From positions 762,387 through 794,386 of the forward strand of contig CP015195.1 of NCBI GenBank assembly GCA_012221805.1: a stretch of DNA of 32,000 bases, read 5' to 3'. The notes under the pieces are model-generated. The model was given only the letters and a program-made list of their open reading frames with translations. It had not been told where the DNA came from and ran no database searches. The DNA is from Pasteurellaceae bacterium RH1A. Its GTDB lineage: Bacteria > Pseudomonadota > Gammaproteobacteria > Enterobacterales > Pasteurellaceae. Positions 17,179 to 28,171 of the stretch are shown piece by piece. The position numbers and the translations under genes are program-made. How positions within the stretch are numbered: the first letter of the stretch is position 1; each line of letters begins with the position of its first letter.

Positions 17179-18573
17179 TTACTTAATTTTTTCTAAATGT
17201 TGAATGAGTTGCTCCGCTGGCACGGCCTGGATTTTGCGCATTTGGTAGAAGAGCAAGCCGCTGGCCAGGGTTAAACTAATACAAAACATAAGCCAAAAAC
17301 CCGCTGCTGCCATGGGTTGGGCGGTCAGCCAGTCGGTTCTGGCCAGAATATAACCAAAGGGAATCCCCACCAGCCAATAACAAAAGACCGTGGCATATAA
17401 AATCGATTTGGTGTTTTTATAGCCCCGTAAAATGCCGTTACAAATGGCCTGCATGGAATCGGGCAACTGATAGACCGCAGCAAATAAGAGCAGGCCTGAG
17501 GCAATGGAAATCGAGGTCGGGTCTTGGGTAAAGGCGAGGGGAATAAGCCCATTAAACAAGGCAATCACCACCGCCGAGATGAGGGCCAAGATGAGGCCTG
17601 TAATCAGGGCATGGTAGCTCAAGACCTTGGCTTCCTCCACCTGCTTTTGCCCCAAGGTTTGGCCAATGACAATGGTAGTGGCAATCCCAAAGGCAAGTGG
17701 GATCATAAAAAAGAGCGAGCTGGTTTGTAGGGCTACCTGATGACTGGCCACTACTTGAGCGCCAAGCGGGGAAAGCACCAAGGAGGAGGTGGCAAAGAGC
17801 ATCACTTCCGTAAACATGGCAAAGGCAATGGGCAGGCCCAGGGCCAACAACTTGCCCAAGGTCTTGAAGTTAGGGCTTTCTAGCCATTTGTCGAATAATT
17901 TGATGTCCTTTTGGGCCTTGTTGGTGTAGCAATAGTGCAACATCAAGCCGAACATGATCCAGTTTACAATGGCCGTGGCCACCCCGCAGCCGACCGCCCC
18001 CATTTCAGGCAGGCCAAACTTGCCGAAAATAAAGATATAGTTAAGGGGAATATTAAGCAGCAGGCCAAAAAAAGTGATCTGCATGGCAGGTTTGGGGTTG
18101 GACAAACCATCGTTCAAGCAACGCAGCAAGACGGACAACAAGGCAGGCAAGAGGCCGATAGACAGCACCTTGAGGTAGTCGTGGGTCTTTTGGGAAAAGT
18201 CCGCAGGCGTGTCCATAAAGTCCAAGATTAGGTCGCTATGCCAAAAAATCAGCAGAAGCGGGGCAGACAGGGCCAAGATAATCCACAAGCCCTGGTGGAT
18301 TTGGTGGGCAATCAGCTCCCGCTGGCTGGCACCGTTCAAATAAGACACGGTTGGCGTAATGGCATTGAGAATGCCCAACACAAAGAGAAAGAGGGGGAAA
18401 TAAATAGAATTACTGACACTAATGGCCGACACATCCGCATCGCTAACCAGCCCCGCCATCACAATATCCGCCAGCCCCATGCCCGAAACCGAGAGTTGAG
18501 AGATAAAGATGGGAAGGGAGAGCTTAAAGAGCCTTTTTGCGTTTTTAGGGTAGTCTTGCCAGTGTAAATTCAT
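17179..18573 (-). CDS. norM: MATE family multidrug efflux transporter (NorM-like)
   Basis: 464 aa with about 12 predicted helices. The N-terminus KRLFKLSLPIFISQLSVSGMGLADIVMAG is typical of NorM/MATE proteins. Confidence 0.8.
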   Translation of the reverse strand: MNLHWQDYPKNAKRLFKLSLPIFISQLSVSGMGLADIVMAGLVSDADVSAISVSNSIYFPLFLFVLGILNAITPTVSYLNGASQRELIAHQIHQGLWIILALSAPLLLIFWHSDLILDFMDTPADFSQKTHDYLKVLSIGLLPALLSVLLRCLNDGLSNPKPAMQITFFGLLLNIPLNYIFIFGKFGLPEMGAVGCGVATAIVNWIMFGLMLHYCYTNKAQKDIKLFDKWLESPNFKTLGKLLALGLPIAFAMFTEVMLFATSSLVLSPLGAQVVASHQVALQTSSLFFMIPLAFGIATTIVIGQTLGQKQVEEAKVLSYHALITGLILALISAVVIALFNGLIPLAFTQDPTSISIASGLLLFAAVYQLPDSMQAICNGILRGYKNTKSILYATVFCYWLVGIPFGYILARTDWLTAQPMAAAGFWLMFCISLTLASGLLFYQMRKIQAVPAEQLIQHLEKIK

Positions 18574-18682
18574 AAAAACCTCATTTTAGAACCCAAGATT
18601 ATACTCAACAAGCGGGCAAAAAGCCTTAGTTTTTTGCAAATTTTGCCACAAATCACTTGAGCCAACGTTTAGCGAAAAGCGC

Positions 18683-18710
18683 TTGTTATTTAACAAATTC
18701 TCTGTATAAT
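18683..18710 (+). promoter_or_regulatory. Candidate promoter of the rpsF-priB-rpsR-rplI operon
   Basis: TTGTTA (18683-18688), 16-nt spacer, TATAAT (18705-18710). This leaves a leader of about 85 nt before rpsF. Confidence 0.45.
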
Positions 18711-18800
18711 GCACGCCCTCAACCACATTTACTTTTTCATCCTTGCTTCCAAATGCAGGTGGTTGGCAAGCTGGAGGCTATTAACCCGTAAGGATCGACA

Positions 18801-19175
18801 ATGCGTCACTACGAAATCGTTTTTATGGTCCACCCAGACCAAAGCGAACAAGTACCTGGTATGATCGAGCGTTATACCGCTTCTATTAAAGAAGCAGGCG
18901 GTCAAGTTCACCGTTTAGAAGATTGGGGTCGCCGTCAATTGGCCTACCCAATTAACAAACTTCACAAAGCACACTACGTGTTAATGAATGTAGAAGCACC
19001 TCAATCAGTAATTGATGAGTTAGAAACAAACTTCCGTTACAATGATGCCGTTCTTCGTAACATCATCATTCATACAAAACACGCCGTAACAGAAGCTTCT
19101 CCAATGGCTAAAGCGAAAGAAGAGCGTAAAGCACCTGAAGCAGCCGCTGTTGAAACTGAGGAAGCAGGCGAGTAA
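18801..19175 (+). CDS. rpsF: 30S ribosomal protein S6
   Basis: [25 protein letters not shown]... with an acidic C-terminal tail. Confidence 0.97.
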   Translation: MRHYEIVFMVHPDQSEQVPGMIERYTASIKEAGGQVHRLEDWGRRQLAYPINKLHKAHYVLMNVEAPQSVIDELETNFRYNDAVLRNIIIHTKHAVTEASPMAKAKEERKAPEAAAVETEEAGE

Positions 19176-19180
19176 TTCTT

Positions 19181-19724
<544 letters not shown>

Positions 19725-19739
19725 TTCGAGGAGTTTACA

Positions 19740-20189
19740 ATGCAAGTTATTCTTTTAGATAAAGTTGCCCACCTTGGTGGTGTTGGCACACAAGTAGAAG
19801 TTAAATCTGGTTTTGCTCGTAACTACTTAATCCCACAAGGTAAAGCAGTTATGGCAACCAAGGCAAACATTGCTCACTTTGAAGCCCGTCGTGCTGAATT
19901 AGAAGCCAAAGCTGAAGCTGCACTCGCTGCTGCTCAAGCTCGTGCTGAAAAATTGACTGCACTTGCCCAAGTGACTATCGCTACCAAAGCTGGTGACGAT
20001 GGCCGTTTATTCGGTTCAATCGGCGCCCGTGACATCGCTGATGCAGTTTCTGCTGCTGGTGTTGAAGTGGCGAAAAGCGAAGTTCGTTTAGGCGAAGGCC
20101 CACTTCGTGCCACTGGCGAACACACTGTACGCGTTCACTTCCACCCAGAAGTTGAAGCAACAGTTGTTGTAAACGTGGTTGCTGAGTAA
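19740..20189 (+). CDS. rplI: 50S ribosomal protein L9
   Basis: [37 protein letters not shown]..., 149 aa. Confidence 0.97.
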   Translation: MQVILLDKVAHLGGVGTQVEVKSGFARNYLIPQGKAVMATKANIAHFEARRAELEAKAEAALAAAQARAEKLTALAQVTIATKAGDDGRLFGSIGARDIADAVSAAGVEVAKSEVRLGEGPLRATGEHTVRVHFHPEVEATVVVNVVAE

Positions 20190-20212
20190 TCTGCAAAAAA
20201 TTGCATAAATCA

Positions 20213-20236
20213 CCCCGCTTGTTAGCGGGGTTTTTT
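20213..20236 (+). terminator. Rho-independent terminator of the rpsF operon
   Basis: CCCCGCT-TGTT-AGCGGGG followed by TTTTTTC. The stem contains a reverse uptake-signal core, CCGCTTGT. Confidence 0.85.
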
Positions 20237-20251
20237 CTTTTATGGCTTATG

Positions 20252-20419
20252 TTTAGGGCGTGTCCTCAATTTGCTCACGGCGGTATTTTCGGCAAAAACT
20301 CGCCATCTACTTCGTCAAAAATACTCGCCAAATGTCTATTTGGCTGCGTTTTTTTCCTCGTATCTGTCGTTTTTTGTTCGAAAAACCGACTCGTTTTCAA
20401 ATTGAGGACATGCCCTAAA
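20252..20419. mobile_element. 168-bp imperfect palindrome with 22-bp terminal inverted repeats (MITE/ERIC-like, non-autonomous)
   Basis: TTTAGGGCGTGTCCTCAATTTG (20252-20273) matches the reverse complement of CAAATTGAGGACATGCCCTAAA (20398-20419) at 21 of 22 positions. The interior halves are also diverged inverted copies. There is no credible coding capacity. Confidence 0.55.
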
Positions 20420-20751
20420 ATCCACCTCTATTTTTCCCCTCTCTTGTTCCCCATCTGTATTTTTTGCTGTTTTTTTCAACATTTCTTTTACCTCTTTAGA
20501 AGTAGAGAGAAATTTTTGGTAACAAAAATGTTGATTTACTTCAAAGTTTTTGTGACAGAAAAGTAAAAAAATGGGGTTTTTGTGGCATTGGAGGGGGGTT
20601 TTTAGGTAGAATATAGCGTTTATTTTTCTCTCGAAAAAAATGAGGGGAAATCCGGTTTGAGAACTTTATGCTGCCCTTTGGTGGCAACTCAATATAGCGG
20701 TTACAGCTTGCTGTAACTTAATGTTTAACCCAACTATAAGTAGTGCAAAAG

Positions 20752-22098
20752 ATGATTACCATTAAAAAAGGTTTGGATCTTCCGATTGCAGGAAAACCAG
20801 CACAGACTATCTCAGCAGGCAATGCCGTGTCTGAAGTGGCTGTTTTAGGTGAAGAATACGTGGGTATGCGCCCTTCTATGAAGGTGCGTGAAGGCGATGT
20901 GGTGAAAAAAGGTCAGGTGCTTTTTGAAGATAAAAAGAACCCTGGCGTGGTTTTCACTGCTCCTGCAAGTGGTACGGTTAAGGCCATTAACCGTGGCGAT
21001 AAGCGTGTTCTGCAATCTGTTGTGATTAGCGTTGAAGGCTCCGAGCAAGAAACCTTTGCTCGTTATGAGGCCGCTCAATTAGCATCATTAACCTCTGAAC
21101 AAGTCAAACAAAATCTTGTTGAATCAGGCTTGTGGACGGCCTTGCGTACTCGTCCATTTAGCAAGGTTCCAGCCCTTGATGCCACTCCGTCCTCCCTATT
21201 CATCAATGCCATGGATACCAACCCATTGGCAGCGGATCCGACGGTGGTTTTAAATGAGCATCGTGAAGATTTTGTGAATGGCGTGACGGTTTTAAGCCGT
21301 TTATTCCCTGAGAAAAAGGTGCATTTGTGTAAGGCTGGCGATAGCAATACGCCAACAGTGAACTTGCCAAACGTGCAAACCCACGATTTCGGTGGCGTTC
21401 ACCCAGCAGGCCTTGTGGGTACACATATTCACTTTATCGATCCAGTCGGTGCAACCAAATCCGTTTGGCACATCAACTATCAAGATGTGATTGCCGTGGG
21501 TAAACTCTTTACCACGGGCGAGCTTTATGTGGATCGTGTGGTCGCCCTTGCTGGCCCGCAGGTCAAAAATCCACGTTTAGTCCGTACCGTACTGGGTGCG
21601 AACCTTTCTCAACTCACCCAAAACGAGCTACAAGCGGGTCAAAATCGTGTGATTTCTGGCAGCGTTTTAAGTGGCACAACCGCTTCAGGCCCACACGACT
21701 ACCTTGGCCGTTATGCCCTTCAGGTGTCTGTTATTCTTGAAGGTAACGAGAAAGAGTTCTTCGGTTGGATTGCCCCAGGCACCAATAAATACTCTATTAC
21801 CCGTACTGTTGTTGGTCACTTCCTCAAGGGCAAACTCTTCAACTTCACTTCTGCAGTGAATGGTGGCGACCGTGCCATGGTGCCAACAGGCAACTATGAG
21901 CGTGTTATGCCCTTAGATATTTTACCAACGCTCTTGTTGCGTGACTTAATTTCAGGCGATACCGATTCAGCTCAAGCCCTTGGCTGTTTAGAGCTAGATG
22001 AGGAAGACTTAGGACTTTGTACCTTCGTTTGCTCAGGTAAATATGAATACGGTTCAATCTTACGTCAAGCCTTAGATAAGATTGAGAAGGAAGGTTAA
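20752..22098 (+). CDS. nqrA: Na+-translocating NADH:quinone oxidoreductase subunit A
   Basis: [16 protein letters not shown]... is colinear with H. influenzae and Vibrio NqrA. The ATG at 20752 fits the conserved N-terminus; the GTG at 20743 adds three residues. Confidence 0.95.
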   Translation: MITIKKGLDLPIAGKPAQTISAGNAVSEVAVLGEEYVGMRPSMKVREGDVVKKGQVLFEDKKNPGVVFTAPASGTVKAINRGDKRVLQSVVISVEGSEQETFARYEAAQLASLTSEQVKQNLVESGLWTALRTRPFSKVPALDATPSSLFINAMDTNPLAADPTVVLNEHREDFVNGVTVLSRLFPEKKVHLCKAGDSNTPTVNLPNVQTHDFGGVHPAGLVGTHIHFIDPVGATKSVWHINYQDVIAVGKLFTTGELYVDRVVALAGPQVKNPRLVRTVLGANLSQLTQNELQAGQNRVISGSVLSGTTASGPHDYLGRYALQVSVILEGNEKEFFGWIAPGTNKYSITRTVVGHFLKGKLFNFTSAVNGGDRAMVPTGNYERVMPLDILPTLLLRDLISGDTDSAQALGCLELDEEDLGLCTFVCSGKYEYGSILRQALDKIEKEG

Positions 22099-22100
22099 AA

Positions 22101-23345
22101 ATGGGTTTAAAACATCTTTTTGAAAAAATGGAACCTAATTTTTTACCTGGCGGTAAATTAGAAAAATGGTATGCCCTCTTTGAAGCGACCTATACCCTTT
22201 TCTATACTCCAGGTACGGTAACACCGAAAAAAGGTTCCCATGTACGTGATGCCTTAGATTCAAAACGTATGATGATCCTCGTTTGGTTAGCATTGTTCCC
22301 AGCCATGTTCTACGGTATGTACAACGTGGGCGCACAATCTTTCCAAGCCTTAATGATGGGCGATTTTGCCCAAAACGTGGCCAACAGCATTGCCAACGAC
22401 TGGCACTTCTCCCTGGCCAATAGCCTTGGTTTACTTAACCAAGATGCTGGCGTATTGACTAAAATGGGCCTAGGCGCCATCTTCTTCCTGCCAATCTATG
22501 CCGTTGCCTTTGGTGTCGGTGGTTTCTGGGAAGTGGTCTTTGCTATGGTGCGTAAGCATGAGATCAACGAAGGCTTCTTCGTGACCTCAATCCTCTTCGC
22601 CCTCATTGTTCCACCAACATTACCACTCTGGCAGGCTGCCCTGGGTATTACCTTCGGTGTAGTTGTGGCCAAAGAGATCTTCGGTGGCGTAGGTAAGAAC
22701 TTTATGAACCCAGCCCTTGCCGGCCGTGCCTTCTTGTTCTTTGCCTACCCTGCACAAATCTCAGGTGATATGGTCTGGACTGCGGCCGATGGTTTCTCTG
22801 GTGCAACAGCCCTTTCTCAATGGGCACAAGGTGGCGAAGCCGCACTTAAACACGTTGCAACCGGCCAGCACATCACTTGGATGGATGCCTTCTTGGGTAA
22901 CATTCCAGGCTCTGTGGGTGAGGTTTCAACCCTGGCTATCTTAATCGGTGGCTTAATCATTGTGTTTGCAAAAATTGCCTCTTGGCGGATTATTGCGGGC
23001 GTGATGGTGGGTATGGCAGCAACGGCAACCCTCTTTAATATGATTGGTTCAGACACCAACCCAATGTTCGCCATGCCTTGGCACTGGCACTTGGTATTAG
23101 GTGGTTTTGCCCTCGGTATGATCTTTATGGCAACCGACCCAGTTTCGGCCTCTTTCACCAACACAGGTAAGTGGTGGTATGGTGCCTTAATCGGGGTCAT
23201 GGCGGTATTGATCCGCACGGTAAACCCAGCCTACCCAGAAGGGATGATGTTAGCGATCTTATTTGCAAACTTGTTTGCACCAATTTTCGACTACATCGTG
23301 GTTCAAGCGAATATCAAACGTCGGAGAGCAAGAACAAATGGCTAA
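22101..23345 (+). CDS. nqrB: Na+-NQR subunit B
   Basis: Polytopic membrane protein containing GFSGATALS (FMN attachment region). It is second in the nqr gene order. Confidence 0.95.
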   Translation: MGLKHLFEKMEPNFLPGGKLEKWYALFEATYTLFYTPGTVTPKKGSHVRDALDSKRMMILVWLALFPAMFYGMYNVGAQSFQALMMGDFAQNVANSIANDWHFSLANSLGLLNQDAGVLTKMGLGAIFFLPIYAVAFGVGGFWEVVFAMVRKHEINEGFFVTSILFALIVPPTLPLWQAALGITFGVVVAKEIFGGVGKNFMNPALAGRAFLFFAYPAQISGDMVWTAADGFSGATALSQWAQGGEAALKHVATGQHITWMDAFLGNIPGSVGEVSTLAILIGGLIIVFAKIASWRIIAGVMVGMAATATLFNMIGSDTNPMFAMPWHWHLVLGGFALGMIFMATDPVSASFTNTGKWWYGALIGVMAVLIRTVNPAYPEGMMLAILFANLFAPIFDYIVVQANIKRRRARTNG

Positions 23346-24069
23346 GTTTAATAAAGATAGCGTAGGCGGAACCGTTTTAGTTGTTCTGCTGTTAAGCCTT
23401 GTCTGTTCCATTATCGTGGCAGGTTCTGCGGTGGCCTTAAAACCTACCCAAGAAGAACAAAAATTGCTAGATAAACAGAAAAACATTCTGAGCGTAGCAG
23501 GCTTGTTAGACAAGGGCAGCGTCAAAGATGTTTTCTCTAAATTTATCGACACCAAATATGTGGACTTAGATTCTGGTGACTATGTCGATTCAGCCAACAA
23601 TGCTGAAGAAGCCATTGCCCCAGAAGCAGACAAAGCAGGTATCCGTAAACGTACCAAAACCGCTGAAATCTATATGGTGAAAAACGAGCAAGGTTCTGTT
23701 GAACAAATCGTTCTGCCAATTTACGGCACAGGTTTATGGTCTGTTATGTACGGCTTTGTGTCTGTTGAGCCAGATGGCAATACCATCAAGGGCATCAACT
23801 TCTACCAACACGGGGAAACCCCAGGCCTTGGTGGTGAGATTGAAAACCCGAACTGGCAAAAAGTCTTCCAAGGTAAAAAATTGTACAGCGATAATCACCA
23901 ACCAGCTATTAAGGTGGTGAAAGGCCAAGCCCCACAAGACGCCCACAGCGTTGATGGCTTGTCTGGTGCAACCCTAACAGGTAACGGTGTACAAGGTACC
24001 TTTGATTATTGGTTTAGTGATAATGCTTACGGCAAATACCTAAGCAAACTTAAAGCGGGGGCGAACTAA
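23338..24069 (+). CDS. nqrC: Na+-NQR subunit C
   Basis: [12 protein letters not shown]..., a single transmembrane helix, and the FMN-attachment motif [10 protein letters not shown]. The ATG at 23338 overlaps the nqrB end by 8 nt; the track start at 23263 is an over-extension. Confidence 0.93.
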   Translation: MAKFNKDSVGGTVLVVLLLSLVCSIIVAGSAVALKPTQEEQKLLDKQKNILSVAGLLDKGSVKDVFSKFIDTKYVDLDSGDYVDSANNAEEAIAPEADKAGIRKRTKTAEIYMVKNEQGSVEQIVLPIYGTGLWSVMYGFVSVEPDGNTIKGINFYQHGETPGLGGEIENPNWQKVFQGKKLYSDNHQPAIKVVKGQAPQDAHSVDGLSGATLTGNGVQGTFDYWFSDNAYGKYLSKLKAGAN

Positions 24070-24698
24070 TGTCTGACGCAAAAACTAACTTAAAAGATCT
24101 GTTGTTAAACCCAATTGCAAAAAATAATCCGATTGCCTTGCAAATTTTGGGTATTTGTTCAGCGCTTGCGGTAACAACCAAATTAGAAACTGCCTTCGTT
24201 ATGGCGATTGCAGTAAGCCTTGTAACAGGTTTCTCTAGTTTATTTATTTCTTTGATCCGTAACTACATTCCAAACAGCATCCGTATTATCGTGCAGTTGG
24301 CGATTATCGCCTCCTTGGTAATCGTAGTGGACCAAATCCTCAAAGCCTATGCTTATGGTCTTTCCAAACAGCTTTCGGTTTTCGTTGGTCTTATCATTAC
24401 CAACTGTATCGTAATGGGTCGTGCAGAAGCCTTTGCCATGAAATCTCCACCAATGGAGAGCTTTGTGGACGGTATCGGTAACGGTTTGGGCTACGGCGCC
24501 ATGCTCATTATCGTGGCCTTCTTCCGTGAGTTAATCGGTTCAGGTAAGCTCTTTGGTATCACCATTTTTGAAACCATTCAAAACGGTGGCTGGTATCAAG
24601 CCAACGGCTTATTCCTACTTGCACCAAGTGCCTTCTTCATTATCGGCTTCGTTATCTGGGGCTTGAGAATGTGGAAACCAGAGCAACAGGAGAAATAG
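24069..24698 (+). CDS. nqrD: Na+-NQR subunit D
   Basis: Conserved [17 protein letters not shown] motif. A TAATG stop/start overlap joins it to nqrC. Confidence 0.95.
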   Translation: MSDAKTNLKDLLLNPIAKNNPIALQILGICSALAVTTKLETAFVMAIAVSLVTGFSSLFISLIRNYIPNSIRIIVQLAIIASLVIVVDQILKAYAYGLSKQLSVFVGLIITNCIVMGRAEAFAMKSPPMESFVDGIGNGLGYGAMLIIVAFFRELIGSGKLFGITIFETIQNGGWYQANGLFLLAPSAFFIIGFVIWGLRMWKPEQQEK

Positions 24699-25295
24699 AT
24701 GGAACACTATATTAGTATCTTCGTGAAGGCGGTCTTCATCGAAAATATGGCACTCTCTTTCTTCCTTGGTATGTGTACCTTCCTTGCGGTATCCAAGAAA
24801 GTGTCAACCGCCTTTGGTCTCGGCATTGCAGTAACCTTCGTACTAGGTATTGCCGTGCCAGTAAACCAACTTATTTATGCTAACGTCTTAAAAGATAGTG
24901 CCTTAGTTGAGGGCGTGGACTTGTCCTTCCTTAACTTTATTACCTTTATCGGCGTGATTGCGGGCCTGGTACAGATCCTTGAAATGGTCTTGGACAAATT
25001 TATGCCAGCCCTCTACAACGCCCTAGGTATCTTCCTTCCGCTTATCGCCGTAAACTGTGCGATCTTCGGTGGCGTATCTTTTATGGTGCAACGTGAATAC
25101 AACTTCCCAGAATCTGTGGTCTATGGTTTTGGCTCAGGCATTGGTTGGATGTTGGCTATTGTTGCTTTAGCAGGTTTAACCGAGAAAATGAAATATGCGG
25201 ATATTCCAGCAGGCCTCAAAGGTTTAGGTATCACCTTTATCACCGTAGGCTTGATGGCGTTAGGCTTTATGTCATTCTCTGGTATTCAATTATAA
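24699..25295 (+). CDS. nqrE: Na+-NQR subunit E
   Basis: Conserved [22 protein letters not shown] motif. The ATG directly follows the nqrD stop codon. Confidence 0.95.
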   Translation: MEHYISIFVKAVFIENMALSFFLGMCTFLAVSKKVSTAFGLGIAVTFVLGIAVPVNQLIYANVLKDSALVEGVDLSFLNFITFIGVIAGLVQILEMVLDKFMPALYNALGIFLPLIAVNCAIFGGVSFMVQREYNFPESVVYGFGSGIGWMLAIVALAGLTEKMKYADIPAGLKGLGITFITVGLMALGFMSFSGIQL

Positions 25296-25305
25296 GGAGC
25301 GCATC

Positions 25306-26541
25306 ATGAGTGAAACAACTGTTCTCGCACTCGGGATTGCGGCCTTTACCGCAATCGTGCTAGTGCTTGTGGCGATCATCCTGTTTGCTAAATCCAAATT
25401 AGTGGATTCAGGTGACATTACCATCAGCATCAACGAAGACCCTGAAAAAGCCATTACCCTGCCTGCGGGCGGTAAATTGCTTGGTGCCTTGGCTGCCAAG
25501 GGGATTTTCGTTTCGTCTGCTTGTGGTGGCGGTGGCTCTTGTGGCCAGTGCCGTGTGGTGGTGAAAAGCGGTGGTGGCGATATTCTGCCAACCGAGCTTT
25601 CCCACATCAGCAAGCGTGAAGCCAAAGAAGGCCACCGCTTGGCCTGCCAAGTGAATGTGAAAGGCAATATGGATATTGAGTTGCCGGAAGAAATCTTCGG
25701 CGTGAAAAAATGGCAATGTACCGTTATTTCTAACGACAACAAGGCCACCTTCATCAAAGAGCTTAAACTGGCCATTCCAGAAGGTGAAGAAGTGCCATTC
25801 CGCGCGGGTGGTTATATCCAAATCGAAGCCGATCCACATGTGGTCAATTACAAAGATTTCGATATTCCAGAAGAATACCACGAGGACTGGGACAAGTTCG
25901 ATCTCTGGCGTTATGTGTCTAAGGTTGATGAGCCGATTATCCGTGCTTATTCCATGGCTTCATACCCAGAAGAGAAGGGCATTATTATGCTTAACGTGCG
26001 TATTGCCACACCTCCGCCACGCAACCCAGATGTGCCGCCAGGTCAAATGTCTTCCTACATTTGGTCGCTTAAGGCAGGCGATAAGGTTACCATTTCTGGC
26101 CCATTCGGTGAATTCTTCGCCAAAGAAACCGAGAATGAAATGGTCTTTATCGGTGGTGGTGCGGGTATGGCTCCAATGCGTTCCCACATTTTCGACCAGT
26201 TAAAACGTCTCAAATCTAAACGTAAGATGTCCTTCTGGTACGGCGCTCGTTCTAAACGTGAAATCTTCTACCAAGAAGACTTCGACCAATTAGCGGCCGA
26301 GAACGACAACTTCGTATGGCATGTGGCCCTTTCTGATGCTCTGCCAGAAGACAACTGGGACGGCTACACAGGCTTTATCCACAACGTGCTTTATGAAAAC
26401 TACCTCAAAGATCACGAAGCACCTGAAGATTGTGAATACTATATGTGTGGGCCACCAGTCATGAACGCTGCGGTAATTAACATGCTTAAGAGCCTAGGCG
26501 TTGAAGACGAAAACATCTTATTAGATGATTTTGGTGGTTAA
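25306..26541 (+). CDS. nqrF: Na+-NQR subunit F (2Fe-2S, FAD, NADH binding)
   Basis: An N-terminal transmembrane helix, the ferredoxin motif [19 protein letters not shown] (FAD) and [12 protein letters not shown] (NADH). AAGGAG lies 7 nt upstream of the start. Confidence 0.96.
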   Translation: MSETTVLALGIAAFTAIVLVLVAIILFAKSKLVDSGDITISINEDPEKAITLPAGGKLLGALAAKGIFVSSACGGGGSCGQCRVVVKSGGGDILPTELSHISKREAKEGHRLACQVNVKGNMDIELPEEIFGVKKWQCTVISNDNKATFIKELKLAIPEGEEVPFRAGGYIQIEADPHVVNYKDFDIPEEYHEDWDKFDLWRYVSKVDEPIIRAYSMASYPEEKGIIMLNVRIATPPPRNPDVPPGQMSSYIWSLKAGDKVTISGPFGEFFAKETENEMVFIGGGAGMAPMRSHIFDQLKRLKSKRKMSFWYGARSKREIFYQEDFDQLAAENDNFVWHVALSDALPEDNWDGYTGFIHNVLYENYLKDHEAPEDCEYYMCGPPVMNAAVINMLKSLGVEDENILLDDFGG

Positions 26542-26554
26542 TCCATAAGCTCCT

Positions 26555-26607
26555 CTTCCCTTTCCCTCCCCCCACTTGTGGGGGGAGGTGCCGAAGGCGG
26601 AGGGGGG
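26555..26607. repeat. Family-3 G/C-run repeat unit
   Basis: CTTCCCTTTCCCTCCCCCCACTTGTGGGGGGAGGTGCCGAAGGCGGAGGGGGG contains an internal 10-bp hairpin, CTCCCCCCAC/GTGGGGGGAG. Its reverse complement closely matches 29153-29199. Confidence 0.7.
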
Positions 26608-26667
26608 AACAAGCGGGTCAAAAATGCAGGTTTTTTGCAAGTTTGATCCGTTTGCACTATGTAAAAA

Positions 26668-26841
26668 TTCCTCTCTTTAGCAAAGTTGAGTTAATACCAC
26701 GCACGGCAAGCCGTACGTGGTTACGAATAATTGAGGGGCTTTGCCCCTCCTCTAATCTACAGGGGCAAAGCCCCTGACTTATTCGTAACCGATTGCGACG
26801 AAGTCGCTGTCGGAAAAAATCTATTTTGCTAAAGAGAAGAA
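26668..26841. repeat. Nested palindrome cluster bounded by a 17-bp inverted repeat
   Basis: The outer inverted repeat is TTCCTCTCTTTAGCAAA (26668-26684) with TTTGCTAAAGAGAAGAA (26825-26841), matching at 16 of 17 positions. It encloses a hairpin at 26697-26720. It also encloses an 11-bp inverted repeat, GTTACGAATAA/TTATTCGTAAC (26720-26789), which brackets two GGGGC(TTT/AAA)GCCCC hairpins. A further hairpin lies at 26789-26813. Confidence 0.65.
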
Positions 26842-26893
26842 CTAGATCCAGATTGATTGAGATCTAATTCCTCAAAAACTAAAAAGGAACACC

Positions 26894-27916
26894 ATGAAAC
26901 TCAAAACCCTACTTGCCCTTGCAACTTTTTCCCTCTTTCTGACCGCTTGCAACAAGGAGCCGACCCAAATCGCTTTGACTGGCAAAACCATGGGAACGAC
27001 CTATCATGTCAAGTATATCGACAAGGGTGACATTAAAAACCTGCCTAAGCAAGAAGAGGTTCAGGCCCAGCTGGACAACCTCCTCAAGGAAGTCAATCGC
27101 CAGATGTCCACCTATCAAAATGATTCAGAAATTAGCCAGTTTAACCGCTATAATATGGCCAACCAGCCCTTCAAGGTTTCGCCTGATTTTGCCATGGTGG
27201 TGCAAGAGGCTGTTCGTTTGAACAAGATTTCTGACGGAGCTTTAGATGTAACCGTTGGCCCACTGGTCAATCTCTGGGGTTTCGGGCCAGATAAACGCCT
27301 TAATAAAGTGCCAACGGCAGAACAAATTGCGGAGCGTTCTGAAGCCGTGGGGATTGATAAAATTCAAGTGCAAGGCAACGCCTTGGTCAAAACCCACCCA
27401 AATCTCTACTTAGATTTATCTTCTATTGCTAAGGGGGCTGGTGTGGACAAGGTGGCCGATCACCTAGAAAGCTTAGGGATTGAAAACTACTTGGTCGAAA
27501 TCGGCGGCGAAATGCGGGGCAAGGGTAATAATCAGAAAAATGAGGCTTGGAAGATTGCCATTGAAAAGCCGGAAGCCAACGGTGTCGCCCAAATTGTCGT
27601 GCCGCTGCACAAGTTCGCTCTTGCCACCTCAGGTAACTACCGCAACTATTTTGAAGACGAGCAGGGCAACCGCTTATCTCATATTATCGACCCTAAAAAT
27701 CACCACCCAGTAAACCACAATCTGGCCTCAATTTCGGTGGTGGCGGAAAAATCCATGACGGCTGACGGCCTTTCCACTGGGCTCTTTGTCCTTGGTGCAG
27801 ACAAGGCCTTAGACGTGGCCGAACGGGAAAAATTAGCCGTTTTCTTGATTATCAAAAACGGCGACAAGTTCGACACTAAAATGTCGAGCGAATTTGAAAA
27901 ACTGATCAAACAATAA
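26894..27916 (+). CDS. apbE: FAD:protein FMN transferase (ApbE/Ftp), lipoprotein
   Basis: Lipobox LFLTAC, then GKTMGTTYHVKY, and the gene's position after nqrF. ApbE flavinylates NqrB and NqrC. Confidence 0.9.
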   Translation: MKLKTLLALATFSLFLTACNKEPTQIALTGKTMGTTYHVKYIDKGDIKNLPKQEEVQAQLDNLLKEVNRQMSTYQNDSEISQFNRYNMANQPFKVSPDFAMVVQEAVRLNKISDGALDVTVGPLVNLWGFGPDKRLNKVPTAEQIAERSEAVGIDKIQVQGNALVKTHPNLYLDLSSIAKGAGVDKVADHLESLGIENYLVEIGGEMRGKGNNQKNEAWKIAIEKPEANGVAQIVVPLHKFALATSGNYRNYFEDEQGNRLSHIIDPKNHHPVNHNLASISVVAEKSMTADGLSTGLFVLGADKALDVAEREKLAVFLIIKNGDKFDTKMSSEFEKLIKQ

Positions 27917-27929
27917 ATTGGAGTGAATA

Positions 27930-28163
27930 ATGGAAACGATTTTACTAACCTTCGGTTTTTTTCTAGCCATCGTGATTGCCATGTCGATTGGCTTTATTAT
28001 CAAGGGCAAGGAACTCAAGGGCAGCTGTGGCGGGATTTCTGCCCTGGGCATGGCCAAAATGTGTGACTGCGAAGAGCCTTGCGATAATCTCAAATCCAAA
28101 ATCGAAAAGGGCGAAGCTACCCTGGCTGATTTTAAACCACAATTTTACGATGCCTCTAAATAA
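27930..28163 (+). CDS. nqrM: Na+-NQR maturation protein NqrM (DUF539)
   Basis: 77 aa with one transmembrane helix followed by GSCGG...CDCEEPC cysteine motifs. It sits immediately after apbE. Confidence 0.85.
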   Translation: METILLTFGFFLAIVIAMSIGFIIKGKELKGSCGGISALGMAKMCDCEEPCDNLKSKIEKGEATLADFKPQFYDASK

Positions 28164-28171
28164 GGATAACT

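Noticed and set aside
20531-20544. An FNR box as a confident regulatory call for nqr
   Set aside because: It matches TTGAT-N4-ATCAA at 9 of 10 positions. However, it lies about 80 nt upstream of the best -10 candidate rather than at -41.5. I mention it within a finding but do not list it as a feature.
20201-20566. 121-aa ORF on the + strand in the rplI-nqrA gap
   Set aside because: It starts at a TTG inside the rplI terminator region and runs through the 168-bp palindromic element. It has no ribosome-binding site. Its F/C/L-rich composition simply reflects T-rich non-coding DNA.
20640-20697. Two mini-ORFs (MRGNPV and MLPFGGNSI) that could be leader peptides for nqrA
   Set aside because: Neither has a Shine-Dalgarno sequence, regulatory codon runs or an alternative-hairpin architecture. 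Such short ORFs are expected by chance.
25290-25881. Long antisense ORFs inside well-supported genes, for example 5287-5718, 8426-8908, 11758-12306, 22817-23218, 25290-25775, 25408-25881 and 28596-29105
   Set aside because: They mirror the codon structure of strongly conserved genes on the opposite strand. They have no ribosome-binding sites and no recognisable motifs. These are typical shadow ORFs.
26792-26809. Possible Sxy-dependent CRP-S site (TGCGA...TCGC)
   Set aside because: The half-site spacing is 5 nt rather than 6. The sequence is simply the GCGAC-GAA-GTCGC hairpin of the palindrome cluster.
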